Shown: positions 1-12,440 of the stretch, one piece after another | Numbering within the stretch: position 1 is the stretch's first letter | Layout: the number at the start of each line of letters is the position of its first letter | From: Octopus vulgaris | Lineage: Eukaryota | Direction: 5' to 3' | Length of the DNA stretch: 64,000 nucleotides | Assembly (NCBI GenBank): GCA_951406725.2 | Contig: OX597821.1 | Location: 57,288,001 to 57,352,000 of the forward strand | Notes under the pieces: model-generated | Database searches by the model: none | Told to the model about the DNA's origin: nothing | What the model saw: the letters and a program-made list of their open reading frames with translations, nothing else | Made by a program: the position numbers and the translations under genes

Positions 1-27
1 AGAAACACTATGTGTGTGCATGTATGT

Positions 28-250
28 ATTATCATCATCATCATTTAACATTCATTGTCCATGCTGGCATGGGCTGAGCAGTTTCACCTGGGCTGGTGTG
101 CTGCAAGGCTGCACCAGATTCCAGTCTGATTTGGCATGGTTTTCTGTGACTGAATGCCATTCCTAATGCCAACCACTCCAAGAGTGTAATGTGTGCTTTT
201 ATGTGCCATTTGCATGACACCAGGGTGCGTTTATGTGCCACTGGCATGGG
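28..250 (-). mobile_element. RTE-type LINE 3' end fragment
   Basis: (CAT)n followed by ttaac...ccatgctggcatggg; same family as 17719-18360. Confidence 0.7.
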
Positions 251-750
251 TGCGAATTTGTGTGACACCATTGTCTGTCACAACTGCAATTTTGTACGGC
301 TTGATGGGTCCTCTTCTCACACATGGCATAATGCCAAAGGCCTTGGACATTGCCTCTATATACATATATATATATAAAACTGTGTGTGTATGTGTTTGTA
401 TCTTTGTGTGTGGATTTTTACCCCCGACACACACACACACACCACTCCACAACTGGTGTTGGTGTGTTTACATCCCCCATAACTTAGCAGTTCAGAATAA
501 AAAACTGATAGAATAAGTACCAGGCTTTTAAAAAAAAATTCCTGGGGTTGATTTATTCAACTAAAATTTCTTCAAGGTGATGCCCCAGCATGGCCACAGT
601 CCAGTGACTAAAACACTTAAAGGATGAAAGAGATACTTTCTTGTTCAATCTTAAATAATTACATTTAAAATCAATAATTATCTTGTTTGTGCCACTAAAG
701 AATGCAATAAATTTTAAAATCAATATTTGTTTTATCGATATTCTTGATAG

Positions 751-994
751 GTTGTTGAAGATGTGTTTGATGACCACAAATTGCAAAACATTCGGAATGT
801 GCCGGCTGCCAAACTCCTTCTTCACTGGTTACCTGATATCCAGTCTGCTGATCTTCAAGTGTGGTTGTCCAAAAAGCTGCAGTTGTTATGTTGCCATGGT
901 TATATTAACTTAATGAACTGCTGTAACGAAGGACTAATAGGTTCCATTTTGACTGCTTTGAAGAGAGAAAAACAAATAACTTATAGAGCTGTCT
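751..994 (+). CDS. NBEAL1: NBEAL exon 1 (VVEDVFDD...LLLHWLPDIQSADLQVWLS...ITYRAV)
   Basis: ttgatag acceptor, gtgagt donor, phase 0 to 1; LLLHWLPDIQSADLQ resembles NBEAL1 LLLIQWLPELQSHDLQ. Confidence 0.88.
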
Positions 995-1234
995 GTGAGT
1001 AATCTTTCCTTTCATGTCACTTATCTCTGTATTTCACCTGCTTTAGAATGATCTAATGGGAAGACCTGTACTTGGTCTCTCAGCCTGCTAGAAATAGCAC
1101 CAGCCAAATCTAGCCTCTAACCACAGCCCACTGTCTTAAATACAGAAAAGATATATTGGATTATGTAGTCCTACACAGTACGTCAAGCAGATATACAATT
1201 GAATGCTGGAATACTTTTGATCATATACTCATTC

Positions 1235-1475
1235 TGAGTAGGGCTGATGCTGGGCTGCTTGTGCAGGGCTGATGTTGAGCTGCTTGTGCTGGGCTGATTT
1301 CAGGCTACTTGAACTGCGCTGATATCAGGCTGTTTGAACTGCGTTGATATCAGGCTGCTTGAACTGGGCTGCTTGAACTGAGCTGATTTCAGGCTGTTTG
1401 AGCTGAGCTGATCTTGGACTGTATGAGTAGGGCTGATCTCAGGCTACTCACATATTGCTGGTGTCAGGCTAAGCA
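1235..1475. repeat. Minisatellite, ~25-bp unit (gggctgatttcaggctgcttgaact), about 9 degenerate copies
   Basis: Tandem units visible directly. Confidence 0.8.
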
Positions 1476-2469
1476 GCAATAATCTGGTTTAAGTTAAATG
1501 TTTGGGTTCTTCTCTTTTTGTTTGCTCTTTTGCTCTTGTTATTGCTGTATAGTTTTTCATTGCTTGTTTTTAATATCAAGGGCCAGATATAAATATATAG
1601 ACATATATAAAGTATCTGAATTGTAAAAATAATAGGAAAAATTTGAACATACGTATATTAATGAGCAACAATTGACTTACATCAATTATTATTTATTAAT
1701 TTGCATTGAATTAATAAGTAATAATTGATGTAAGTCAATTGTTGTTCATCAACAGTTCTCCATTTTTTTGTTTTCTTTAAACTTCGAACATATATATTAG
1801 TGAATATTGAACCATCATCATCACCACTTGACATCCATTTTCCTAGCTGGCATGGGTTGGACAAAAGAATGATTCCCCATGCCAACATGGAAAATGGATG
1901 GGAAATGATGATAATAATGATAGTGATTCAATAGATACAAATTTATAACTTTTTCCATAAGTCCTTTTTTCTTTTTCCCTCCTTTTTTATGGGGCAGTGT
2001 TGATGTGTGGGTGGGGTGGGGGAGGCTGAGTAAAATTTTCATGGTTGGTGTCTTGGAACTTCATTGGTAAGACATAATTTTCAACTTGGATCCCAAATGT
2101 TCTGCAGATTTCCTTCAATATATGTGAAATATTGCACAGTGACAGACAAACAGCCCAGTATTTCATGGAACAAACTTCAATGATTCACCAGTAATTATTA
2201 TGAAAGGATAATTGTAATGGTCTGACCAAGTCCATGTTATTTGTTTCCATTAGGAGTAAGTCCCAAAATCTGCATATGCAGAAATAGACTTGGCAGAGAG
2301 CAAGATATGCCCAAACTATGACCCTGCACTCTATATGATTAACCACTATACCTTGGAGCTTGTAGGTAACTAGATAGTGATTTGGTCTTCTTGGAACAAT
2401 AAGATCTGTAGGTCATACCTTGTAGTCTGACCAACTACCTGGATGCCATAGGTCTGATAGATTAAAGGT

Positions 2470-2770
2470 GAAGGTACATGGCTTTGTGGTAAGGTATTTG
2501 GGTTACAGTCATGGTCCATTGTATCCTTGAGCAAGACACTTTATTTCCCATTGCCTCAGTCCACTCAGCTGGTAAAAATTTGTTGTACTTGTATTTATTT
2601 CAAAGGGCCAGTCATGTCACATTCTGTGACATGCTGAATCCCTCTGTGTACTACATTAAAAGTATGTGTGTCTGTGGAGTACTCAGCCACTTGAATGTTA
2701 ATTTCATGAGCAAGCTGTTTGCTTAATTGGATCAATTAGTGCCCTTGTTATTGTAACCGATGGAGTGCCA
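2470..2770 (+). mobile_element. tRNA-derived SINE, family E (other copies ~16355-16680, ~37112-37425, ~63025-63350 on minus)
   Basis: Shared core ccttgagcaagacactttatttc...ccactcagctgg and 3' part gtctgtggagtactcagccacttg...gtaaccgatggagtgc. Confidence 0.75.
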
Positions 2771-2780
2771 GTTAATTAAA

Positions 2781-3007
2781 TTAACCCTTAAGTATTCAGA
2801 TTACTTCATCAGATGTAATGCTTGTTTAATCACACTGCTTTTAATTAAACATACATTTCCCTATAACTTTGAGATTTTGATGATATAATTACACATTTTT
2901 AGAATGACATTGTAAGATAGGTGTAAGAGGCTGGATCTGACTGAGTTAAATATAAAACATGTAGAATACTTGAGCTGGATATGGATGGTTTAAATGCTAA
3001 GAGGTCA
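2781..3007. mobile_element. piggyBac-like MITE, family P2 (degenerate TTAA-CCCTTTAGCATT termini); split copies at ~5516-6392 and ~44008-44553
   Basis: TTAA + CCC start, aatgctaa(a)ggg-like end, internal sequence shared by three copies. Confidence 0.7.
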
Positions 3008-3730
3008 AGGGCTAACTTAGGACTACACAATAACAGCAACATCACATTGCCACTTGGTCCTTAATTTCTGTGGATTTAAGAATGGCTCAATGTGTTAACT
3101 GTTGGTTGGCCATTTTGATTGTTTATTTACAGTATTGTAGAGACAGTAACTTAGCCATTTATGCTGTGTCTGGGCTGTTTCCAGAAGCAAGTGTATTGCC
3201 CCAAGCATGCTTACCACCTCTCCACTCGTGGATATTTTATGAAAGAAAAACAAGTCAATATGTTTGCAGCATCCATGAAGCTGCAAGAAGATACCACAAT
3301 ATTGGTCAAGTATAACCGTACATATGTACGATGTTAACCTCGAGATCTATTATTACTTCTAATAGATTTCCTTACCCTCTCTCTTTTCATTGAATTACAT
3401 AACTGCTTCAGATAAATATGTGTTGCTCTTTATTGATATCCACTTAGGGCTATTCACATGTCTGGATCAGTAGAGATAGCTATCATGATAAGTTTTATGT
3501 AAGATGTAGCACTATTAAACTGTGCTACTTTGTTACTAAATTATCGTTACAGACATCAAATCCATAAACTTTGGTTTTTATTTTTTCCCCCTCATATCTG
3601 ATTAACCTCAACAGAGCAATGCTAACATTGACAATATACGTCATATAATATTTTCTCAACAATGATTTGTTTGAATTCTTCAACTAAATGCTATTAGCAA
3701 TATTGATTTCTACTTTTTATGGCCCCATAG

Positions 3731-3834
3731 ACAATCTGATCCATCTCCTGGAAACCATGGCAACTTTATCAATCTCATCTCTGGAGCTGAAACAGCTGAT
3801 AGGTTTATTACGAATTGATGAAGAAGACAAAATG
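3731..3834 (+). CDS. NBEAL1: NBEAL exon 2 (NLIHLLETMATLSISSLELKQLIGLLRIDEEDKM)
   Basis: cccatag acceptor, gtaaga donor, phase 1 to 0. Confidence 0.9.
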
Positions 3835-4399
3835 GTAAGAATTACAGCTGTTTTAGTCTTTCTGAAACTTTTTTAGTTTTTTATGTATTAACATAATACT
3901 TGTAGTGTAATGGTTGACATTGAAAAAAAAAAAAAGAAAAATCAAATATTCTTTGTATCAAGTTTTCCTGTATAACACCAGAGATAATTTGTTTAAAGAG
4001 CTGCAATATTTGACAAACTATTCTCAAATGTCTACACGTTGCATTTATTAATTTCTTTTTGCATTTGTTATAGAATGAGGTGGACTGTGACAGGTGGAAG
4101 TGATTGATAGATTGCTTAGATTGATTCAACTAGTTTGATTTAAAATTCGTGGGCAGTGTAATGTGAGAACAGAAGAAGAGATAGGAATTCCAGTGGGTCA
4201 GGGTTTTTGAAAGAAAGGACTTCGTATATTGTTTGTTAGGTAGGGATGGAGCATAGGAGGTAAAAATTAGAGCTGGGTAAAAGTGGAAGTGAACAGTTTT
4301 CTTTTTTTCATTATGCCTTCTGAGTAGAATTGGTTGATGGAAACTCAATGAAACCCATTGTGTGTGTGTCTCAGTGTTTGTGTTTACTCCCCACCACCA

Positions 4400-4882
4400 G
4401 CACAGGAGCCAGTCAGGCGGCACAGGCATTGACCATGTTTAGATAGTGCTTTTTATGTGCCACTGCCTCAGGAGCCAGTCAGGCGTCATTGGCATTGACC
4501 ACATTCAGATGATGCTTTTTACGTGTCACTGGCATAGGAGCCAGTGAGGCAGCACTGGCACAAACCACGTTCGGATAGTGCTTTTTATGTGTCACTAGCA
4601 TAGGAGCCAGTCAGGTGGCACTGACATCAACCATGTTCAGATGATGCTTTTATGTGCCACAGGCACAGGAGCCAGTCAGGCAGCACCGGCATTGACTACA
4701 TTCGGATGATGCTTTTATGTGCCATAGGCACAGGAGCCAGTTAGGTGGCACTGGCATCAACCACGTTCCGATGGTGCTTTTTATGTGCCACTAGCATAGG
4801 AGCTAGTCAGGCAGCACTGGCATTGCCCACACTCGAATGATGCATTTCATGTGCCTCCGGCATGGGTGCCAGTCTGGCAGCA
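4400..4882. repeat. Tandem array of ~66-bp unit (7+ copies) derived from the RTE 3' UTR
   Basis: Unit gcacaggagccagtcaggcggcactggcattgaccacgttcggatggtgctttttatgtgccactg; same unit occurs 1-3x in RTE tails elsewhere in the window. Confidence 0.9.
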
Positions 4883-5056
4883 AGCAAATAAAAGATGTAA
4901 GATAACAGCTGAAGTTTGTGAGAGACAACACAATATGGCAAGAGTTAAAGATTAGAGAGATTATTGATCAAGCAGATGGATTTGTTTTGATAATGGATGT
5001 AGGATCCCAGTGAAAGATGATGCATCATTCTGGTTATGAGAACAACATTGTAATGT

Positions 5057-5500
5057 AGGTGGTGAGCTGGCAGAACTGTTAGCACGCTAAGTGAAATGCT
5101 TAATGGTATTTCATCTGTCTTCACGTTCTGAGTTCAAATTCTGCCAAGGTTGACTTTGCCCTTCATCCTTTCGGGGTCGATAAATTAAATACCAGTTGTG
5201 TACTGGGGTCAATCTAATCGACTAGCCCCCTCCCCCAAAATTTCGGGCCTTGTGCCTAGAGTAGAAAAGAATATTATTTTAAAGGCGGCGATCTGGCAGA
5301 AACGTTAGCACAAAGGGTGAAATGCTTAGCAGTATTTCGTTTGTCTTTATGTTCTGAGTTCAATTTCCACCAAGGTTGACTTTGTCTTTCATCTTTTCGG
5401 GGGTCAATAAATTAAGTACCAGTTGCCTACTGAGGTCGATCTAATCAACTGGCCCCCTCCCCCAAAACTTCGGGCCTTATGCCTTGGGTAGAAAAGAATA
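5057..5500 (+). mobile_element. Two head-to-tail copies of tRNA-derived SINE family C
   Basis: ggcgagctggcagaa (A-box-like), gagttcaaattc (B box), gactttgcctttcatcctttcggggtcgataaattaagtaccag core. Confidence 0.85.
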
Positions 5501-5574
5501 TTGTAATATATGATATCTTTTGGCATTCAGATTCCTCTGTCAAATGTAATCATTATTTATCTTTTAACTTTTTC

Positions 5575-6014
5575 AGTCATTCGACTGTGGCCATGCTGGG
5601 GCACTGCCTTGAATTTTCAGTCGAATGAATTGATCCCTGTACTTATTTGCTATTATTTTTTATAAGCCTGGTACTTATTCTGCCAGTCTCTTTTGCCGAA
5701 CCACTAAGTTGCAGAGTTGTAAACATTCCAATACCAGTTGTCAAGAGGTGGTGGGACACACACACACATGGATTTCTATATATATGTATATATTCTTTTT
5801 TCTTTTACTTGTTTCAGTCATTTGACTATGGCCATGCAGGAGCACCACCCTTAGTCAAACAAATTAACCCCAGGGCTTATTCTTTGTAAGCCTAGTACTT
5901 AATCTATCGGTCTCTTTTGCTGAACCACTGAGTTACGGAGATGTAAACACACCAACATCGGTTGTCAAGCGATGGTGGTGGGGACAAACACAGACACACA
6001 AACATATACATACA

Positions 6015-6047
<33 letters not shown>

Positions 6048-6208
6048 GATAGGCTTCATTCAGTTTTCATCTACCAAATCCATTCACAAGACGTTGGTCA
6101 ACCTGAGGCTATAGTAGAAAACGCTTGCTCAAAGTGCCCTAAAGTGGGACTGAACCCGGAACCATGTGATTGGAAAATGAACTTCTTACCACACAGCCGT
6201 ACCTGTAC
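5575..6208 (-). mobile_element. Two tRNA-derived SINE family B copies nested inside a P2 MITE
   Basis: Reverse complement of the family B sequence at 22226-22625; MITE sequence resumes at ~6210. Confidence 0.8.
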
Positions 6209-6683
6209 CTTATTCACATTATTTTGAATTAATCATGCATTATGTCATAGTTTTGAGATTTTGATGAAGTGATTGTTTATTTATAAAATGACATTGTAGG
6301 GTAGGTGTGAGAGGTTGGATCCGGTCTGTTTGAACATAAAACAAGTAGAATGTTTTGGCCAGATACGGCCAGTTTAAATGCTAAAGTGTTAACCCATTGT
6401 TAATGGTTGAAATGTTTTTAACACTGAAGTTGAAGTAAAGTATACTTAACACAGGTGCAGGCATGGCTGTATGGCTAAGAAGCTTACTTTGCAACCATGT
6501 GGTTTCAGGTTCAGTCCCACTGTGTGGCACCTTAGGCAAGTGTCTTTCATGAGATCCCTAAGATAACAAAAACCTTATGAGTGAATTTAGTAGACAGAAA
6601 CAGTGTGGGAACCTGTAGTACATGCATGCACGTGTGAGTGTATTCGTTTGTTTCCCACCCCTGCTTGTATTAGTTTGTTTACA

Positions 6684-7130
6684 TAGGCGCAGGAGTGGCT
6701 GTGTCGTAAGTAGCTTGCTTACCAACCACATGGTTCCAGGTTCAGTCCCACTGCGTGGCACCTTGGGCAAGTGTCTTCTACTATATCCTCAGCCCAACCA
6801 AAGCTTTGTGAGTGGATTTGGTAGATGGAAACTGAAAGAAGCCTGTCATATATATATATATATATCATCATCATCATCGTCATCGTTTAACATCTGCTTT
6901 CCATGCTAGCATGGGTTGGACGATTTGACTGTTTTTTCTCCTCCAACATCGCTTGACAACCGATGCTGGTGTGTTTACGTCCCTGTAACTTAGCGGTTCG
7001 ACAAGAGAGACCAATAAAATAAGTACTAGGCTTACAAAGAATAGGTCCTGGGGTTGATTTGCTCAACTAAAGGTGGTGCTCCAGCATGGCTTCAGTCAAA
7101 TGACTAAAACAAATAAAATGAAAAATAAGT
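6684..7130 (+). mobile_element. tRNA-derived SINE family B, interrupted by a short RTE tail (~6865-6930)
   Basis: A box gtggctgtgtcg, B box ggttcagtccc, ccttgggcaagtgtctt, central microsatellite, 3' ccagcatggc...aatgactaaaac. Confidence 0.85.
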
Positions 7131-7937
7131 AAAAATAGATACCTATAACTTAGTGGTTCATCAAAAAAATTGATAAGTTAAGTACCTGACTTAAAAATTA
7201 AAAAAAATGTCCTTGATGTTGATTGTTCAACTAAACCCCTTGAGGCTGTGACCCATCATGGCTACACTTTTATTGACTGAAACTAATAAAAGAAAACTGG
7301 GATTTTAAAAAGCTGAAGGTTGAAAATATGTGGCTTCTGAATGCAAAAGTTACTAAGATGTTTGATTCTAAATATTTTTGACAAAGGATATTTTTATGCC
7401 TGGAGATATTGAATGTTTTACATCTGACACTGAAAGACATTTGATAATAACCGACAATGGAACACTATTAAGCAAAAGTGTTTCTGAATAAAATAAAAGT
7501 TAATTTGCTTTCACATATCCTTTTTCGAATTGGCACAGGTACGACTGTGTGGTTAAGAATTCGAGTTCAACCCCATTTCTTTCCACATTGGGAATGTGTT
7601 TTCTGCTATAGCACCAGGTCTATTGAAAGCTTGTGAATAGATTTGGCGGAGGGAAGCTGAAAGAAGTTTGTCATGTACTTATTTGTATGTATGTTCTGTG
7701 TCACCTTATCTTGACATTGTGCGATAGTTGTAAATGAGTGTCACTGTCACACAAGCAGTTTCACTGATTTCCAATTTTCTGTGGGAGTAAATTTTCCATG
7801 TTTGGTTGAGTCAGGTGTGGTGGGTATACATTGTTGCAGTCTATTGCAGCATTCATCATTTGTTGGTATATTCCTGAGTCCATGTGGGCGACCTGTCAAG
7901 CAGAGCTCCAGTCAGTCCCCATCTCCACAAGATACCT

Positions 7938-8170
7938 ATTTCTTTATTACCCACAAGGGGCTAAACATAGAGGGGACAAACAAGGACAGACATAGGTATT
8001 AAGTCGATTACATCGACCCCGGTGCGTAACTGGTACTTAATTTATCGACCTCGATAGGATGAAAGGCAAAGTCGACCTCGGCGGAATTTGAACTCACAAC
8101 GTAACGGCAGACGAAATACCACTAAGCATCTCGCCCCGCGTGCTAACGTTTCTGCCAGCTCGCCGCCTTT
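7938..8170 (-). mobile_element. Young SINE family C copy with perfect 17-bp TSD
   Basis: atctccacaagatacct at 7921-7937 and 8171-8187; CpGs intact. Confidence 0.9.
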
Positions 8171-8744
8171 ATCTCCACAAGATACCTGCCTCATCTGCTG
8201 TGATGATGTGACATGTATTCAACCAACATGAGCCATCTACCAAGTTGGATTCACAGTGAAAAGAACATGGCAAGCAGAGTCCAAAATCAAGCAACATGGC
8301 TAAACAGTCTGAGCTGGCACTCCTGAAGCATACAAGTTGCAAGACGCATCCCTGTTTTCAAAGTAGAGTCATTGGATGGATATGAAATCTGACCAATGAT
8401 AACCTGTAATCCTGTAAAGCATTCTGACACCATGGGAAAATATTACCTTGTTTGGAATCAGGTGAAAGTTGATGACGAGAAATACATCTGGCTGTAGCAA
8501 ATCTTCTCCCACCTTCCACAAAAAGAAAAAAGAAAATGGAAAACATTTTGTCCAACTCTTACAAACTTGGGAAAGTGGACATTAAATGATGATGGTGATG
8601 ATGATGAAAGATATTTTCAAGAATATGGTTGGAGAGATGTTTGTTTGTTTGTTCCTGTTATTTTACAAGAGATCAATTTGATTGAAAATATAAAATCTTC
8701 CAAGTGTTTAAACTATTTTCCAATTTTTCTTTCTGTTTACCTAG

Positions 8745-8846
8745 ATACCGTACTGCAGCCGACTGTTAAAAGCTATGTCCACAATGGCTCGGCGAGATGG
8801 AAGAGATGAATCCTTACACTTCTTTTGTATCCAAGAACCGGGAGCT
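8745..8846 (+). CDS. NBEAL1: NBEAL exon 3 (IPYCSRLLKAMSTMARRDGRDESLHFFCIQEPGA)
   Basis: Polypyrimidine tract + ctag acceptor, gtaagt donor, phase 0 to 0. Confidence 0.9.
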
Positions 8847-10366
8847 GTAAGTAGTTTTAGAGAAATATTTAATTTTTTATGCTTCATTAATTCTGTATAT
8901 TGGTTTCTCAACATTCCCTCTTCCCTACTCAATCCTCATGCCTCAGCCCCACCCACTGCTACCTACCTCATACCTTGAAGGGTCAACCATTCACCCCCAC
9001 CATTCCTTCTACAATGTGAATAGCCATGTTGTTCCTCTACAGCAAGAAATTTGTTCTGCTCTGACCTTTTCTCTCATACTGTATCCTACTCTGTTCCTTA
9101 CTCTCCTAACCCTCTCTCTCCACCCTTCATTGAGGTTCATAGTCTTGTAGTGTTGGTGGCACCAAAAAAAAAATAGTACATACAGTAAAGCGGGTGGCAT
9201 TAGGAAGGGCAACCACACCCAAGAAGACCCATACTCCATAGCACAAGTGTTAAGACCAACCTTTCTGGTGGCGTAAAGCACTCATGGCAGTGTCTCGTGA
9301 AAGTGCCTGTGCAGTGCCATGTAAAAGCGACACCCACGCAGTACCACGTGAAAGCACCCAGCTCACTCTGTAAAATGGTTGGCATTAGGAGGGGCATCCA
9401 GTCATAGCAATCATCCCAAATCAGACTGGAGTCTGCTGCATCTTCCCAGGTTGCCATCTCTGGTTGAACTGTCCAATCTGTGCTAACTTGGATAACAGAC
9501 ATTAAATGATGAGGTAGGGGGATATCTCTGAAAAGGGGCCTCAAGGAGTAGTGTCCCTGCCTTCATGAGCTAGTTTTCCATCACATTTCTTAAAAATTGT
9601 GGTAGAGGCCTTGGTCTTTCTTGAGACCACTCACATTTAGAAACTGAGTTTGGGGTAAGCAAGGACATGCTCCCTATAGAAAATCCAGCTCCAAAAGAGC
9701 CTCATGATAGCAAAGGAGAATGGGCACCAGCCAGCCCAAAGGTTAGGATGGGCTGCATCTGCCCACCTTGGTTGCTATGGCATTGAGGTAAATCTGGCCA
9801 CCCCCGTTAACAGGGACAAAACCTGGTTTTAAAATACTGGATGATGATGATGGTGGTGGTGGTGGTGCCGAAGCAAACCCTGGAGCTCAAAGCAGTCTTT
9901 GCGCTCATTAGATCTTATCAAACCATCCAGTCTATACTAACAGAGAATATGGACATCAATTGATGATGATGATTAGCTCATTGTAATTGATGCAATGATT
10001 GTCCTGATATGGAAGGCTGCCTCTTTGTTTATTATTTCTCCATGACTTCTCCTTTGGAGTCAGTTACCAAAATGTTGATAAAATTACTCCCAAGAAAGTT
10101 TATTTTCGTGTCAAGAAAATTTGCAGTAAACATTTTTCTGTCCTGGGGAAAATTTGCCACAGGAAAATTCTCTGGAAGAAATTCAGCCATGTAAGAAATT
10201 TCACTGAAAGTCAAATTCACCATAGGGACAATGATAAAGTGTGTTATATCAGCATTATTTTTTAATAAAAAGAAAAACGAATGATAAAATGTTTTTTATA
10301 AAAACATTAAATGGGTAAGTCATTATTCAACATCAATCATAAGTGAAATGTAATGAGGTCATTTAG

Positions 10367-10585
10367 CCCTTTCGTTACTGTATTTCTTTTTGAGATGCTC
10401 TGTGTTTCTTTCAGTTAATTTTAAATATAACAAAGAATTTAGTAAAATAACTTAGTTATCATTCTGCTAGTGTTAGGAACATAAATTGTGACTAAGGTTT
10501 GGGAGAAGATTTTAGAACTTATGGAAACAAGACATTTGTACTACAGAGCCATTGGCAGTTTCAGCCAGATTGGTAATCGAAAGGG
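10367..10585. mobile_element. piggyBac-like MITE, family P1
   Basis: CCCTTTCGTTAC start, gtaatcgaaaggg + TTAA end; internal sequence matches 27300-27521. Confidence 0.85.
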
Positions 10586-11375
10586 TTAACACATGAAAAT
10601 TCCAAGCAATGTTGCAAAAATAATGTGTTTTTTTGTTGAGGATTGTATCAAAACATTTGTCTCAGAAATCTTGCATTAATATCTCTATACTTTTTCTTCA
10701 TCTCTGCTGCATCTCCTCAATCTGATAGACTTTACTTTCTCATTGTCCATTTGGCAAATTTGTCTTAAGATGCATTTTTCTGATGTAGCAAATTTTCCTA
10801 TAATAAAAAAGTTTATGGTGAAAATTCCTATAACTGTTTGTTTTATTGCCATGATTTCATTTAGATTGGCCATTCTTGATAATAAAAGAATGTACAAGGT
10901 AACAGGTAAACTGTTGTTGTTGTTATTATTTTTGGCACTGTTGTTAGATTCTCATACCGAATATCTTGTATTTTGTCTGGGTCTTTGCATTTTTGAGTTC
11001 AAATCCTCTCAAGGTCAACTTTGCCTTTCCTCCTCATGGGGTTGATAAGGTATCAGTCAAGTTCTGGACTGATTGCTGCTGCTGTTTGTTGGTGGTGGTA
11101 ATGGCAGTATTGTTGTTCTTCTTCTCCTTCCTTCCTTCCCTCCCTCCCTCCCTCTGTATAATGCATATTCAGAGCCCTTGTCTCCCTCAGACTGCTGACA
11201 TTGGTGCAATTGATGTCCATCATAAACATTTTCAAGTCCATGTGTTCAGGAAAAAACCATGGCTGGAGAAGGAACTGAGGACCTTAGTTCAAATGAGTTA
11301 AATCCAACCAAAAATCTTTCAAAGACTTTTCGAATCAAATATTCACTCAAATGATGTGCTTTATCATATTTCCAG

Positions 11376-11512
11376 GGCATCTCCATTCCGTGCATAAAGA
11401 AGTGGCCTGGGGCTGGTTTCTCTTTCCATTCATGGATCTGCTTGGACAACGAAGTCAATGTGTCTGAGTTTAACTTGTACGACACAAAAACCTACCGTAG
11501 ACAGCTTTACAG
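11376..11512 (+). CDS. NBEAL1: NBEAL exon 4 (GISIPCIKKWPGAGFSFHSWICLD...YRRQLY), start of ConA/LamG-like domain
   Basis: tttccag acceptor, gtaagt donor, phase 0 to 2; conserved KWP-GFSF-W-LD motif. Confidence 0.95.
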
Positions 11513-11796
11513 GTAAGTCATTGAACTTTCTGCCATCATAATACCTGTTGTCTCTCATTCTCTTTCTTTCTATTTCTTATGTTACCTCATGTTCTGCTTT
11601 CATGCTATTTCCTCTTTCTATCGATTCATTTTTGTCTAGACATATGTTTTACATATCAATTCTTCATCTCCGCTCATCTGTCATAAAAACTCATCTTACA
11701 TTATCTTCTTCATTATTCTCATCACTTTTTTACTCTTCCAGTATTTTTGTGTGTGGATATATATATATATTTATTTATATAGATGTAGGAGTGGCT

Positions 11797-12440
11797 ATTT
11801 TCTCGTCATCAGCGATAAATACGATAAGAAAATAAATGAGATACTTGTACACATGGAAGAAGTAAATTTTCTTATCATATTTATCGCTGATGATGAGAAA
11901 ATTCTTAATGAATTAACTCAGAAGTTGGGACTGATCCGATAATAACGAATTTTTTTAGAAATTACTATCAGCTTGCATTCGAGACTCGTGCTTATAGTGA
12001 TAAATGATATGGATATTGACGATTAAGTCTATTTTCGGCATATTTGGCATTGGAATTTTTTCTTTTGCTCTTGTTTATAAGTTGTATATATATATATATA
12101 TACATCTAATATAGGATAAAATTTTCCCCCAAAATTCTATCAATGGCCAGCACATTAAAAAATACCTTTAAAGGTTAAATTTATAAACAACTTATAAACA
12201 AGGGCAAAAGAAAAAAATTCTAATGCCAAATATGCCGAAAACAGACTTAAATCGTCAATAACCATGATGATTTAAGTATGTTTTCGGCATATTTGGCATT
12301 AGAATTTTTTTTTATAAGTTGTTTATATATATAGAGAGAGAGGGTGGGGAGAATAAAACAAGGTAGAAAATACTAAAATAATTTAATCATGAAGTACATT
12401 TTAGCACCATTTTCCGTCTTTTAGACTTTTTCACCTAAGA
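11797..12440. repeat. Cluster of inverted repeats, probably Penelope-like element debris
   Basis: 37-nt arms 11797-11833/11866-11902 (2 mismatches); ~80-nt arms 12009-12089/12182-12265; hammerhead-like motifs. Family assignment is inference. Confidence 0.6.

Noticed and set aside
1235-1475. Resemblance to immunoglobulin switch-region GGGCT/GAGCT pentamers
   Set aside because: Short, derived from a repeat tail, and no immunoglobulin context; coincidental.
3133-3304. Exon-like ORF (YCRDSNL...HNIG) after a good acceptor in intron 1
   Set aside because: Exon 1 ends in phase 1, which gives an immediate TAG here; no NBEAL similarity, and exons 1 and 2 already join without a gap. At most a cryptic or poison exon.
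4400-4882. CRISPR-like regular repeat array
   Set aside because: Units are contiguous with no unique spacers, the context is a eukaryotic intron, and the unit derives from the RTE 3' UTR.
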